64,000 nucleotides of DNA from Octopus vulgaris (Eukaryota). This document shows, piece by piece, positions 1 through 12,759 of the stretch (the stretch's first letter is position 1; each line of letters opens with the position of its first letter). A program made the position numbers and the translations under genes. Location of the stretch: positions 11,594,001-11,658,000 of the forward strand of contig OX597831.1 of NCBI GenBank assembly GCA_951406725.2, written 5' to 3'. The notes below the pieces were generated by a model, which saw nothing but the letters and a program-made list of their open reading frames with translations, did no database searches and was not told the origin of the DNA.

Positions 1-123
1 TACAAAAAAATGAATTAAAAATATGTAAGTAAAAAGACTACGTACGTTTCGTGGCTATAACTTCAATTCGAATTACATTCTTTGAATTACATAATGGTGG
101 TTTTTCTCTAATTTATATATATA

Positions 124-124
124 G

Positions 125-201
<77 letters not shown>

Positions 202-210
202 CATAGATAG
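124..210. repeat. (GATA)n microsatellite
   Basis: Direct reading. Confidence 0.98.
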
Positions 211-224
211 ATGTATCTAAATTT

Positions 225-325
225 GTGGCTGTGTGGTAAGGACCTTGCTTTCCAATCACATGGTTCCGGGGTCAATGTCACTGCGTGGCATCTTCAGCAA
301 GTGTTTTCTAATATAGCCTCGGGCA
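225..325 (+). mobile_element. 5' fragment of tRNA-derived SINE family A
   Basis: gtggctgtgtggtaag...cacatggttccggg...cactgcgtggcatc matches the head of the full copies at 8324 and 22685. Confidence 0.8.
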
Positions 326-399
326 ATGTGCAAATGGAAAGTGCGTCGATGCTCAAGCGGATTCTCAGGTCGCGCACCGACGCTAAATCTGGGATATAT

Positions 400-570
<171 letters not shown>

Positions 571-775
571 GTGAAATAGAAAGATGAATAATCTTGTTGC
601 AGATTAATCAAAAGTTTAACCGATACCTTGGTAGCAAAAATCACAGCAGAAGACAGCACGGTTGGAGGTACAACCATATGGTGTTGCAACCGTGCGTTGG
701 TGCGGATAATTGAATTTTAATATTATTAGTGAATTGAAGAAATGGAGTTGAACGAAGATTGAACAGAAATCGTTT

Positions 776-868
776 TATTTCATTCTACACGTGTTTCGAA
801 AGGCACAATTTACCAAAATCCGATTGAATAATGAGACCATATTGTGTCTTTCTCTTCAGGAAGAAATA
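776..868 (-). ncRNA. Minimal type I hammerhead ribozyme motif (mirror copy in left arm)
   Basis: Reverse complement of 877-969. Confidence 0.78.
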
Positions 869-876
869 GGATTTCC

Positions 877-969
877 TATTTCTTCCTGAAGAGAAAGACA
901 CAATATGGTCTCATTATTCAATCGGAATTTGGTAAATTGTGCCTTTCGAAACACGTGTAGAATGAAATA
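877..969 (+). ncRNA. Minimal type I hammerhead ribozyme motif
   Basis: Helix I uauuucuuc / gaa(u)gaaaua; CUGAAGA 886-892; helix II gaaagacacaau / auugugccuuuc; GAAAC-ACGU-GUA 948-959; predicted cleavage after 959. Confidence 0.8.
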
Positions 970-1249
970 AAACGATTTCTGTTCAATCTTCGTTCAACTC
1001 CATTTCTTCAATTCACTAATAATATTATATATACATATATGTATGAATATATATATATATGTATGCGTTTCTGTGTCTGTGCGCGTGTGTTTGTTTGTGT
1101 CCGAACGTTAGTACGTATATAGAAGTATATATATATATACCAACATATAATGTGTACGTATAGCCCGAATCTTACAGGTCAGCTAAGGACAATCGCATGT
1201 GGAACCAGCCATGAAGAACAAATCAACAGTACAAAGAAATCACATGCCA

Positions 1250-1560
1250 ATCCCTTTAAATGGCCACCACTTTGACAGTATCAGAATCACAATCCCACAA
1301 CATCGATACACTCAAAGAAGTTTGACAAAGTTCTTTCAGCAACCACACAACCTGGGAAACTCAAAGACTACTGCTAAATTCAGACCACAACAGACAAAGA
1401 GTATGTTCTTGAATCCAAAGATTTTGAACTTACGGAGACAATATTTACATATCGCCTGAGAAAACACAACTAGATCTCATAATGCAGAGAAAGAGTTACA
1501 TAATCAAGTACCTGCATGCTTCGAGAACTATGTTGCGTGGAAACAATTGTAGTGATTAAA
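1250..1560 (+). pseudogene. Possible degraded Penelope-like linker / GIY-YIG endonuclease remnant
   Basis: ITIP..TAKFRPQQTKSMFLNPK, then a frameshifted ACFENYV..ET, resemble the PLE linker and the C-x2-C..YVGET segment. Multiple stops and frameshifts. Confidence 0.4.
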
Positions 1561-1760
1561 GAATAAATGTCCAAATTTACCCCCTTTATTGTTGACTCCA
1601 ATACCTACTCATACAGGACAGATGCCTAAGCACAAATCTGAAAGTATGTTATGATTCTACTACTGGTTAGCACAGGGTAAAATATGAAGGTGGACGAGCT
1701 TTATATTTTACTCTACCAGGTTCTTAACAGAATATACCCGAACTAGACGTAAACAAACAC

Positions 1761-1761
<1 letters not shown>

Positions 1762-1805
<44 letters not shown>

Positions 1806-1886
1806 TAGATAGATAGATAGAGAGAGAGAGACAGACAGAGACAGAGAGACAGAGACAGAGACAGACAGAGAGATAGACAGACAGAC

Positions 1887-1939
<53 letters not shown>

Positions 1940-2068
1940 CAAATAAAGATATGTATGAGTGCATATATGTATATACGTGTATGTATACACACACATACAC
2001 ACACACATATATATATATATTTATATATATACAAATACATATATACGTATGTGCGTATATATATATAT
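1762..2068. repeat. Compound (GATA)n/(GA)n/(CA)n/(TA)n microsatellite
   Basis: Direct reading. Confidence 0.95.
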
Positions 2069-2544
2069 AATTCTTTAAATCTATTTTTAAATATTATCTT
2101 TTCACGTACATTCTACTCATCCTCCTTTTACAGTTTTTAACATTTAATTCCGTTTCCCGTTATTTTATTTTCAAATTTACTTTTATACAAATTCTTAATT
2201 CAAATTTTCCTACAAAGAACCAAAGCAAAAAACAAAAAAAAAAATTATGAAAACACCCAAAGCACGTGACCATTTCTAAATTGCTGCCGGGGTTGAAGAA
2301 TTCACAAACGTCGTTCGCTTTCCACCGTTTTCAATTTTCTTTTCTTTCCTCAGTTTTTCAGTCAACTAAACGTTCAACTTTTGTCAAGTACCCAGGAATA
2401 ACTGCAACCATCTGTCACCAGTTCGCTATACTCTAACATATTCTCATCATTCTTTCAAGTTTGTGTACAAACATTCATTTGAACTTACTACTCCTTTACA
2501 CACACACATTCTTGGTATATCACGAAGCAGGTATAGGATGTATT

Positions 2545-2777
2545 TAAGGCGGCGAGCTGGCAGAAACGTTAGCACGTCGGACGAATTGCGTAGCCGTATT
2601 TCCTCTGCCGTTACGTTCTGAGTTCAAATTCCGCAGAGGTCGACTTTTCCTTTCATCCTTTCGGGATCGATTAATTAAGTACCAGTTACGCACTGGGGTC
2701 GATGTAATCTACTTAATACCTATATCTGTCCTTGTTTGTCCCCTCTGTGTTAAGCCCCTTGTGGGTAATAAAGAAAT
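2545..2777 (+). mobile_element. Full-length SINE family B (tail type 1) with 16-bp target-site duplication
   Basis: Head ggcggcgagctggcagaaacgttagcac; B-box-like gagttcaaattcc; core ggtcgact..ctttcatcctttc..gtaccag; TSD aggtataggatgtatt at 2529-2544 and 2778-2793. Confidence 0.92.
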
Positions 2778-2964
2778 AGGTATAGGATGTATTCTAGCTT
2801 TAACACTGGTCACTGACGATAAGGGAAGACAATAAGCAGAGGGTTACGTAAGGGCTTTACTTGTCTTTGAGCGTGTTGTAGAAAACCTGCGCTTCGTGCC
2901 GCCAGTCATTAAAATGTCTGTAGAGTCACTGGCTCAATTGATTTTAATCCTACACTTTAATCAC

Positions 2965-3078
2965 ACACGTGAGATGAAGTGCTTTGCTCAAGAACACAAC
3001 GCACCACCCAATCTGGGAACTGAAACCACGAACACGCAACTGTGAGTGCAATACCCTAATCACTACGCCCTGCGTCCT
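2965..3078 (-). mobile_element. 5' fragment of tRNA-derived SINE family E
   Basis: Shares gtgttcttgagcaaa(g)cacttcat and a tRNA-like head with 43567-43823. Confidence 0.75.
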
Positions 3079-3114
3079 CAAATAATAATAATAGTAGTAG
3101 TAGTAGTAGTAGTA

Positions 3115-3151
<37 letters not shown>

Positions 3152-3203
3152 TGATGATGATGATGATGATAATAATAATAATACCAATAATAATAATAAT
3201 AAC

Positions 3204-3242
<39 letters not shown>

Positions 3243-3246
3243 TATA

Positions 3247-3912
3247 ATGAGCTACAGCAAATATTCTGCTCAATACTACAGATTTGCTTGTCAGTTGTTT
3301 GACCTTAACCAGTTGAGCATGTCTCTTAGTGGCTGACGATACGATCACGAGCAGAAGTAGTAAGGGAACATCATAGCCATGTGTTGAGAGGGATTTTCTG
3401 GTGTTTGAATAATTCACCTCTGGAAACATGGGTGTTTCGTTCAACATCCTTAAACAACCCTTATTCAAGGACATTTCGACGGGATGGGTTACTCGACAAG
3501 AAGAAAATTCTTACTGGGGCCCACCTGTAAGGTCATATGCTGTTTATCTTGATATAGGATCATCATGTCGCGCACATATGTTTGTGATGCATGTGCATAG
3601 TGTACCTATTTTTTTACTATCCACAAGGGACTAAAAACAGGGAGGACAAACAAGGACAGACAGACGGATTAAGGCGATTATATCGACCCCAGTGCGTAAC
3701 TGGTACTTATTTAATCGACTCCGAAAGGATGAAAGGCAAAGTCGACCTCGGCGGAATTTGAACTCAGAACGTAGCGGCAGACGAAATACCGCAGCGCATT
3801 TCGCCCGGCGTGCTAACGTTTCTGCCAGCTCGCCGCCTTATCAGATGGGTTTACGGGGCTTCGTATATTTTACCCCAGTGTCACTTTGATAGCATGCACT
3901 GCTCTCTCACTC
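3247..3912 (+). mobile_element. Family D element (5'-truncated), embedded in (AAT)n and interrupted by a SINE B
   Basis: Homologous to 30268-30822 and 34854-35406; ends ctctctcactc followed by (aat)n. Confidence 0.85.
3605..3840 (-). mobile_element. SINE family B (tail type 1) nested in the family D element
   Basis: Reverse complement of 2545-2777; the D sequence resumes after it. Confidence 0.9.
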
Positions 3913-3962
<50 letters not shown>

Positions 3963-4024
3963 CAACATCGAATGAGAACCCAGGTTCGAATGTAAATAAT
4001 GTAAATAATGTACATAATAATAAT

Positions 4025-4217
4025 TGTTTCAAATTTTGAGACAATTTGGGGAGCAGCAATTTGGGGAGAAAGGACGAATCGATTACATAGACCCCAGTAC
4101 GCAACTGGTATTTAATTTATCGATCCCGAAAGGATGAAAGCCAAAATCGACCTCTGCGGGATTTGAACTCTAAGCATTTCGTTAAGCGATCTAATGATTC
4201 TGCTAGCTCGCCGCCTG
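4025..4217 (-). mobile_element. SINE family B (tail type 2), degenerate
   Basis: Core cgatcccgaaaggatgaaag and head gctagctcgccgcc. Confidence 0.8.
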
Positions 4218-5084
4218 TAATAATAATAATAATAATAACAACAACAACAACAACAACAACAACAATAATAATAATAATAATAATCCTTTCTACTAAAGGC
4301 ATAAGTTACTTATTTTATCGACTCTAAAAGATGACAGGTGCAGTCGAATTATAATATACAAGCACTCGGTTACACACCCCTAACGTAATACAAATATAAA
4401 ACCACGCGCACATACACGTACACACGCATTTCCACATGTACACACGGACACACACACTTCCACATTCACACACACACATACACACATACACACATATGGC
4501 ATAAAAAGATATTTGAGAAACAAATGAAAATTAGGAAAACAACACAAAACTAGGGAACAGAAATAAAATTCTTCTGCAATGCCAAAAACAAACAAAAAAA
4601 TATAAAGAAAATACATAATTAAAATAAATAAAATTTAAATAAAATAAAAGAAACAAACTTTTCAAAAGAGAAATTAAATTTAACTTAAGTATGTGAGAAG
4701 TCACACACTCGCGCACATGCGCAATCACACACATACACACACAAACACACACGCACGCATGTACACATATGCGCACGCATACACATACACACAGACGTTA
4801 TGCACATAGATATATTTCTGTGTGTGGGCGTATGTGTGCACGTATGTTTAAGTGTGTGTATAAATGAGTGTATATATCATATATGCGTGTATGCGTCTGC
4901 TTTTGTGTATGTGTGTGTATGGAGGAATAAAGCGTTGTATAAGTATGTATGCATATACATTATTAATATGTTTGTATATGTATTTATGTATGTATACATG
5001 CATAAATGCATATATATATCAGGATATGTGTGTTTGTGTATGTATGTGTGTGTATGAAAGATAAGTTGGGTATATATGCAAGCA

Positions 5085-5316
5085 CGCATACATATACATA
5101 CATACATACTTATATTCATGCACAAACACATAGACACACATATACGCATCGATATACATACACACACTCGCACACACATATATGCGTACTTACACGAACA
5201 TGCGTAGATACATTCAAACATATATGCGTACATACATATACACACATTTACATACATTCATATGCACACATGCACGCTTACAAACATGCATACATACACA
5301 TACATACATACATACA

Positions 5317-5352
<36 letters not shown>

Positions 5353-5857
5353 TAAGTGATAACATACAACCATACATAGACACATATACATAGATAGATA
5401 CATACATACATACATACGTACATACATACATGCATACATACATACATACATACATAGACACACATACATACATACATACATACATACATATTTACGTACA
5501 TACATGCATACATGCATAAATACATACAAACATACATACAAACACACAAACATACATACATACATATATACATAGACACATACATACATACATACATACA
5601 TACATACATACATACATAGACACACATAGACACACATACGTACATAGATACATACATACATACATAGATACATACATACATAGATATATACGTACATACA
5701 TACATACATACATACATAAATACATACATACATACATACATACATACATACATACATACATACATACATACATACATACATACATACATACGTACGTCCA
5801 TACATACATACATACACACACACATACATACATACATATTTACGTACATTCATACAT
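5085..5857. repeat. (TACA)n microsatellite, partly degenerate
   Basis: Direct reading. Confidence 0.95.
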
Positions 5858-6329
5858 CGTGACATGACATAAAAGCGTTCAGCAACGGTTTTTGGAACAA
5901 TCTTTGGCGTTTATTGGTTTTGACAGTTCGACAATCGGCACCGACGGTGTCGGCGGCGGCGGCGGTGTGCGATGATAGTGCTGCTGTTGTTGTTGGTGGT
6001 GGTGGCGGTCGTGGTGGTGGTGGTGGCGGTGGTGGTGCTGGTGGTGGTGTGAGTGGTGCTTGTGGTTGTAGAGCGCTGGTGAAACCGCTGGTGCCGCCAC
6101 TGCGGGTGAAGTTGTTGGAAATTTATCATGGCGTCATTGTGTTTGGTGTTTCCGGTGCCGTTGCGATGGGTTGAAATATGGGTTCCAGTGGCGCTGAGAC
6201 AGATGGCGTATTGGTTCCAGCGGTAGATGCAAACTTTGCTTGTCGTGGTAATAACATTGACAGCAGCTGTATTGGTTATTATAGAACATGTGATGATGAT
6301 GATGATGATGATGATGGTTGCTGTTGCTG

Positions 6330-6702
6330 TTGCTGTTGAGCGAAGCGGTCTTCTTCCCAGAGCTCGCAAGATGGGAGAAGACCGAAACGTGGTCCTTTGC
6401 TATTCGTAATACCCGCAGAAGAGAAAGCAGGTCAACCCCCGACACCAAGAGCATCAACGGATGGATGAATGTGCATCCAGGTTCAGCAGTTGCGTAGGAA
6501 GTCGGGGACAAGGAACAGGAAGTAAGAGTGCGAGAAAGTTGGGGCGAAAGAGTACAACAGGGGTCGCCACCACTCCCTGCCGGAGCCTCGTGGAGCTTTA
6601 GGTGTTTTCGCTCAATAAACACACACAACGCCCGGTCTCGGGAATCGAAACCGCGATCCTCCGACCGCGAGTCCGCTGCCCTAACTACTGGGCCATTGCG
6701 CC
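6330..6702 (-). mobile_element. tRNA-derived SINE family C, full length
   Basis: Minus strand ggcgcaatggcccagtagttagggcagcggactcgcggtc...ggtttcgattcc (A/B boxes); near-identical copy at 36908-37279. Confidence 0.9.
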
Positions 6703-7159
6703 TCTACTGATGATGCTGGTGGTAACGATGGTGATGATGAATTTACTGGTAGCGGTAAGAATGCTGATAATTGTATTTTCAGAAGTACAAAACGTAATTT
6801 TCTAAAAGAGTTGATAACAGGCGCAACATTTCATATTTAGTTTTTCCAAAGATCCATTCGCTCTGACGGTTCGAAAGAATTGGTTTCAATGCCAAAGTAC
6901 CTTGGATCTGGAGTACTTTTAACAGCCAGTAGAGTTACAATACAGACAATGGCGCACAATGCGGTACCAAAGAAGTACCCAGAAGTTAGAACCTGATGCG
7001 CTCCGTCGCTCTTAGAGTGTAAGAACGTAAGAACCGAAACGTTTACATGAGCGGTGGGGCATCCTTCTCTGAAGATCTGCTATTCACCTCTCCCAAGAGC
7101 GGACAGTTGGTCGATGTTATTCCTATTGGTAAATCTTTCTAGAAAATTTATATTCCATT

Positions 7160-7226
7160 TACGGAGATGTACATGCATAGCAAGTGACCTGATCTGAGAT
7201 CGTGTGCTGGAACGAAAACAATTGCA
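7160..7226 (+). repeat. Fragment homologous to the outer flank of the 29891-30150 palindromic element
   Basis: tacggagatgtac..gcatagcaagt..tgatctgagatcgtgtgc..aacgaaaacaattgca also occurs at 29821-29888. Confidence 0.8.
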
Positions 7227-7414
7227 TATATATATATATATACACAATTATATTCCATTGTAGTCTAGAATTAGTAAATGTTACGTCAGTTGATATTTCT
7301 TTCTCCCAAAGACATATTCCATTGTCTTATAGACGTCGCAGAAGTTGTTAGCTCCACTGATATTCTTTTCCACAAAAATTACATTCCAATGTTTCATAGA
7401 TATATTGCATATTG

Positions 7415-7560
7415 GTTTCAGATTTTTGCAAAAGGCCAGCAATTCCGGAGGAGGAGGGCAAATCGATTATATCGATCCCAGTACTGGAATGGTACTTATT
7501 TTATCGACCCTGAAAGGATGAAATGCAAAGTCGACTTCACCATTCTGCCAGCTCACCACA
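7415..7560 (-). mobile_element. SINE family B fragment
   Basis: Core atcgaccctgaaaggatgaaa..aaagtcgac. Confidence 0.75.
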
Positions 7561-8004
7561 TTATAGTTTGGAAACGCTTTACATTCACTAATATTCCGCT
7601 CTACCAATATTTTGATTCATTGTTTCATAAAGTTACTAGCTCTTACTTCCACTGAAGTTCCAACCAAAGTTTAATTCTTTTCTTTTATAGCGAGCGTAGA
7701 TGCATTTTCTGTTGGTATTTCTTGGTACCAAATTTATATTCCACTTTGTTCTTGTGTTGATACATGTTGCTTGTATATTAGAAACTATTTCTGGAAGTTC
7801 TGATTCGCATAGTTCAAGATATTTAAATCCTCCATGTTTTGGGGTATCTTTTATATCGAACAAATTTGTAGTTCTTGAAATGGTTTAAGAATTGTAGAAG
7901 AGAATGTTCCAATGAACGTGAAGAGAGCGTTCCAGTAAACACGTTCAACTCCGGTTTAGGACGTATGTTGCTGTAATTTAGCCCCAGAAGACATCTTTTA
8001 CTCC

Positions 8005-8117
8005 CCATGAAAGGCAAAGTCGACCTCGGCGGAATTTGAACTCAGAACGTAGCGGCAGACGAAATACTGCTAAGCATTTCGCCCGGCGTGCTAACGTTTC
8101 TGCCAGCTCCCCGCCTA
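8005..8117 (-). mobile_element. SINE family B 5' half
   Basis: atgaaaggcaaagtcgacctcggcggaatttgaactcagaacg...gccagctcc. Confidence 0.85.
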
Positions 8118-8323
8118 CTGGATTCCATATCCTGTTGCATCAAAATGCATTGCGTACAAACACATGGGACAACTGTGTCAACCCGGTCTGTTTGTTTAGG
8201 ATGATATCGATATAAATATATAGACGAAAATTTTAATAAGGAAATAAGAATTTAAAAAATAGTGAAAAAGACAGAATGTGAAATGGAAATTTTTAAGGAA
8301 ATGTAGACAGTTATGTAGATATA

Positions 8324-8727
8324 GGCGCGGGAGAGGCTGTGTGGTAAGTAGCTTGCTAACCAACCACATGGTTCCGGGTTCAGTCCCACTGCGTGGCATC
8401 TTGGGCAAGTGTCATCTGCTATAGCCCCGGGCCGACCAATGCCTTGTGAGTGGATTTGGTAGACGGAAACTGAAAGAAGCCTGTCGTATATATGTATATA
8501 TATATGTGTGTATGTGTATGTTTGTGTGTCTGTGTTTGTCCCCCTAGCATCGCTTGACAACCGATGCTGGTGTGTTTATGTCCCCGTTACTTAGCGGTTC
8601 GGCAAAAGAGACCGATAGAATATGTACTGGGCTTACAGCGAATAAGTCCCGGGGTCGATTTGCTCGACTAAAGGCGGTGCTCCAGCATGGCCGCAGTCAA
8701 AATGACTGAAACAAGTAAAAGAGTAAA
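8324..8727 (+). mobile_element. Full-length SINE family A with internal (TG/TA)n
   Basis: tRNA-like head; tail ggcggtgctccagcatggccgcagtc..gactgaaacaagtaaaagag; probable TSD agttatgtag (8309-8318, 8729-8738). Confidence 0.92.
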
Positions 8728-9318
8728 TAGTTATGTAGGTTTTAGTTCGGAAAGGCCAATAAATATGTAACGTTAGATAAGAATCCAAAAATTACAGAAG
8801 CAGATCAGAGGGAATGAAGCTTAAAAGGAGTATATTGGGATTCGGTGTTGGTATATTTAATCAGGGTGTGTTGTGAACTTTCGGTACGTTAGCAATTACT
8901 TATCAACGTGATAACATTTCGTATATCTCTCTGATCTTGTATTGAGATAATTTGCAGAATTGCTAATAGTATTTCGTGAGTCGCTTCCAGGTACACGTCA
9001 AGCTGCTTTTTATTGAATTTCTATATGATCTGCATCATTCATGGATCTTGCACTTGATTACAAAATCAGTGTTGTGTTCCTGATTAAGTTTTTCCAAATT
9101 CCATATATAATTTGATTAAGTTGTTTTCTTGTATATCTTTGAATATGTATGATTGAAGTAACGCTGCTCAAATTTAACTAACATAGAGTTTGCGTACCAT
9201 ATTAGGTTTCGTTTTAGTAGAGGTAAGTATGCTTTATACGCAGTAGTTCTAGCATTACATAACTTATTAGGGCCGTAATTATGCGCTTCTGCATGCGTAC
9301 TTCAGAGAAACCTATATA

Positions 9319-9546
9319 CAATATCACTCGCCATATCGCGGTTTACCTATCGTGGTTCACCTATCGCGGTTTATTATTTAAGCTTACGTCGATTCCACCG
9401 TGGTGTTGTTATGCATTTACAACAAAATGAATGTATAAAATTATAAAGATAAAAATATACAGCACAGTACTGTTTCTACTTCGCGGATTTTCACCTATTG
9501 CAGTAGGTTTTGGAACGTAACCACCGCGATAGTCGAGGTATTACTG
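9319..9546. mobile_element. Tigger/pogo-like MITE
   Basis: Imperfect TIRs: caatatcactcgccatatcgcgg versus the reverse complement of the right end, cagtaatacctcgactatcgcgg. TA at the left flank. Confidence 0.7.
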
Positions 9547-10116
9547 CATACTGGTTAACGCGTTGTAATAACTTCATGCTAGAAGTACAGAGGTAACGAC
9601 TTGTTGTAAATAATTTTCTGCAGCGGTGGTTGATAGGGAAATGCTTATTTATTAGAGAAAGGAAATTATTTTATAACTGTGTACAACTTAATTCTTAGTT
9701 GATAAGGTGTTAATGATCAAATGAGCATGTGAATGCGCATGTGTTTATTTATTCGAGCGCATATATTAGTGCTTGCATTCGCATATATGTCGATTAATGC
9801 GAGGATTAGAGGTGACGATGTATAAAGGTATTTACATGACAGAGCAATAAAAGTCAAATAAGAAGTGTTAACATCTTTGCTAAAATTTTTTAGCGAAGTC
9901 TTAAATGTTTGCAATTTTCTAACATTTATTACATATTCACTTGAAAAAGGACATTTTTAAAATTCCATTAGGTTCTGGCGATTTAATACTAACACCTACT
10001 TATACACACAGAGTGCGCGCGATTGCATAAGTATATATCTCTATATACATATAAGAATATATATATATACACATATATATGTGTGTATATAACTGCATAT
10101 AGATGTATATGTATAT

Positions 10117-10175
<59 letters not shown>

Positions 10176-10352
10176 TATGCATATACATATATATGTATCT
10201 GTAGATATGTTTAAATACATATGTACATATAAGTGTATGTATGTATAAATATATGTAGATATACATATATAAATGTATATATGTATATATATACTTATAT
10301 ATATACACGCATACATATGTACACATTTATATATGTATACACACAAACATAC

Positions 10353-10386
<34 letters not shown>

Positions 10387-10812
10387 GGGACAGACTCTCT
10401 TTCATCATAGCATATTGTATCTTGTTTGTTCTTTTGTAGAAATTAGCCAGTTTACTCTCACCATTATAACACCATGTTTCAGGGCCTATGCAGTAATATT
10501 TCCTCACTTGTCTCTCTTCATCTCTTCCTCGGTTCCTCTTCTGCGTGTATACACACTCATACAAGCATTTATGAGAATTTGGGTGTATATACTACACTGT
10601 TTAATAAGCAGCAGAAAGGGCAGAAGTAGTTAATGATACGAACGGAACACATTCACACCTCATCCTAATGTTATAATGCCGAATTAAAAAAAAGGCGTGA
10701 TTTTATAACGCTAATACCTTCTTATATACACACATACAGGCATGCATATATATATGTATATATAATATATATATGATATACAATACATATACATATATAT
10801 ATATATCTAATA

Positions 10813-10877
<65 letters not shown>

Positions 10878-10897
10878 TATAATATAACATGTATATA

Positions 10898-11294
10898 TCT
10901 TTATATATAAAAGTGAAGTTGTGTGTCTGTCTCCTACGATTTAGATTCCTAACTACTCCCACATTTTGCGGTGCAGTGTAACCAAAAGCGGGTATCTTAT
11001 AGTCGTGATTCATATCGAGCCCTTCTGGGTATTAGCGCGCGTCTACGATGAGTCTACGATTTTAAAAATAATTTACCATCATTTTTTTCCATTTTGATGC
11101 ATTGTTTTCGCTATTATATAAGGGAAGTAACTCTCTAAACATGTCTACGATGAGTCAACGATTTAAAAAAAAAATTACCATCATTTTTTTTCATTTTTAA
11201 TGCATTTTTTGCTATTTTTTGGCTATAACTCTCTAAAAATGCTTATATAGTTATTTCCCTTACAAACCCGAGCAACGCCGGGCGATACTGCTAG
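10898..11294 (+). mobile_element. Non-autonomous Helitron (397 bp)
   Basis: 5' TC, 3' CTAG, subterminal hairpin cccg(a)gc-aac-gccggg, inserted between A and T, no TSD; second copy at 45849-46245. Confidence 0.88.
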
Positions 11295-11534
11295 TAATAT
11301 ATATAATCAAATACCGATTGATTTTGGTTATTTTTCCTCTCTGTCTGCGTGTGTTGTTTCGAGTACTTCGTTTTTGTCCGGGAGTCTCTTCTCATAGTAG
11401 AAGAAATAGCTAAGGTTCTTTGGTTGCTATTTCTAAACTTCGGTATGTTGTAAAGCAAATTTTTGCTGAACCCTAATTATAATTACACTCGTAATTATAA
11501 AATATTGTATATATATATATATATATATGTATAT

Positions 11535-11638
11535 GTAAAAGACTTGTTCTGTTTCTATTCTTGAGCGCCATACTAATACATTTGTTTGTTTGTACTCCAC
11601 CTGCCTTCGTCTTTTGTTTATTTTCATAAACCTTCCCG

Positions 11639-11640
<2 letters not shown>
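11535..11640 (+). mobile_element. Short TA-embedded PLE-like element (HHR family 2), 3' part only
   Basis: Homologous to the reverse complement of 21287-21385; begins at gta-aaagac. Confidence 0.8.
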
Positions 11641-11712
<72 letters not shown>

Positions 11713-12087
11713 TGGAAAAGATAAAGGAAACACTTAGCATCATAATTTTGAAATATCTATAAAACCGTGAAAAGCTTGTTTATTTTTCTTTTTTTTTTAT
11801 TTATTATTGGTGTCGCTTAATATGTTCTGCTAAAATTGCTGTTTCTTTTCAGATATCATTGGAAAATGGTAATTAAAATTCATTAAAATGAGAGATCTAT
11901 CTGTCTTTCAAAGAGATCAAATTGTTGGTACTCTTTTGGCAGGCGCTAGCGGAACGAAAACATCCGAAATGTTTGGTGTGTCAAGAAGTAAGTCATGAAA
12001 ATAATGACACCCTTTGGGTAAGAGGGGAAAACCTTCTCGTCGAAATAAAACTGTGGGCAATTATGAAATAAATATTAGGTTAGTCTT

Positions 12088-12230
12088 AAGGTGGTGAACT
12101 GGCAGAATCGTTAGCACCCCGGGCAAAATTCTTTGCTGCATTTCGCCCGTCTTCATGTTCTGAGTTCAAATTCCGATGAGGCTTCACTTTGCCTGTAATC
12201 TTTTTGGAATCGATAAAATAAGTACCAGTT
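12088..12230 (+). mobile_element. SINE family B, degenerate
   Basis: aaggtggtgaactggcagaatcgttagcac...aataagtaccag. Confidence 0.8.
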
Positions 12231-12271
12231 TTGTTTCGGAATTTGAAGCTATTATCCTTAATTTTTTAATT

Positions 12272-12675
12272 CTTTTACTTGCATCATTCATTTACTACGG
12301 CCATACTGGAACACCGCCTGGAGGATTTTAGTCGAACAGATCGATCCAGGGACTTATTTTCAAGCCTAGTACCTATTCTATCAGTTTCTTTTGCCGAACC
12401 GGTGCTACGGAAACGTAAACACGCCAACACCGGCTGTCAGGCGGTGATGGGGGAACACACGCAAAGACACACAAACACACACAGGCACGCACACACACAT
12501 ACATATATATACACGACAGGCTTCTTTCAATTTCCGTCTACTAAATCCACTTACAAGGCTTTGATAAGCCCGAGGCTATTGTAGAAGGCACTTGCCGAAG
12601 GTGCCACGTAATGGAATTGAACCTGGACCATGTGGTTGAGAAGAAAACTTCTTACTACACAGCCACGCTTGCGCT
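12272..12675 (-). mobile_element. SINE family A, degenerate full length
   Basis: Reverse-complement match to 8324-8727. Confidence 0.85.
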
Positions 12676-12759
12676 TATTATACGACTTACCTTTAAAATT
12701 CTCTACATGCTTTTATCAAGGTAACATGAACACTAGTAATTGATTCATAGACACTATTG

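Larger units (their letters stand above)
718..1027. repeat. 310-bp palindrome (154-bp arms, 2-nt spacer, 1 mismatch); probable inverted pseudo-LTR of a Penelope-like element
   Basis: 718-871 is the reverse complement of 874-1027. Each arm carries an HHR motif. Confidence 0.93.

Noticed and set aside
39-60. Minus-strand GAAAC-GUAC-GUA hammerhead half
   Set aside because: The CUGANGA strand and the helix II partner are absent.
6335-6400. Hairpin followed by GAAACGUG in SINE C as a hammerhead
   Set aside because: No CUGANGA, G at position 17 and no helix I; more likely a 3' stem-loop of the SINE on the other strand.
6990-7050. CUGAUGC...CGAAACGUU hammerhead-like match
   Set aside because: Core mismatch and no convincing helices I and II.
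7575-8005. Short minus-strand ORFs in complex sequence
   Set aside because: No recognisable domain; probably a decayed transposon fragment.
8324-8400. tRNA genes at SINE heads (families A, B, C, E)
   Set aside because: They continue into SINE bodies and lack intact cloverleaves.
8740-9310. Minus-strand Penelope RT remnant
   Set aside because: Only faint motif resemblance; too degraded to support.
11838-11875. Micro-exon ttttcag|ATATCATTGGAAAATG|gtaatt
   Set aside because: Splice-like signals alone are insufficient without transcript evidence.
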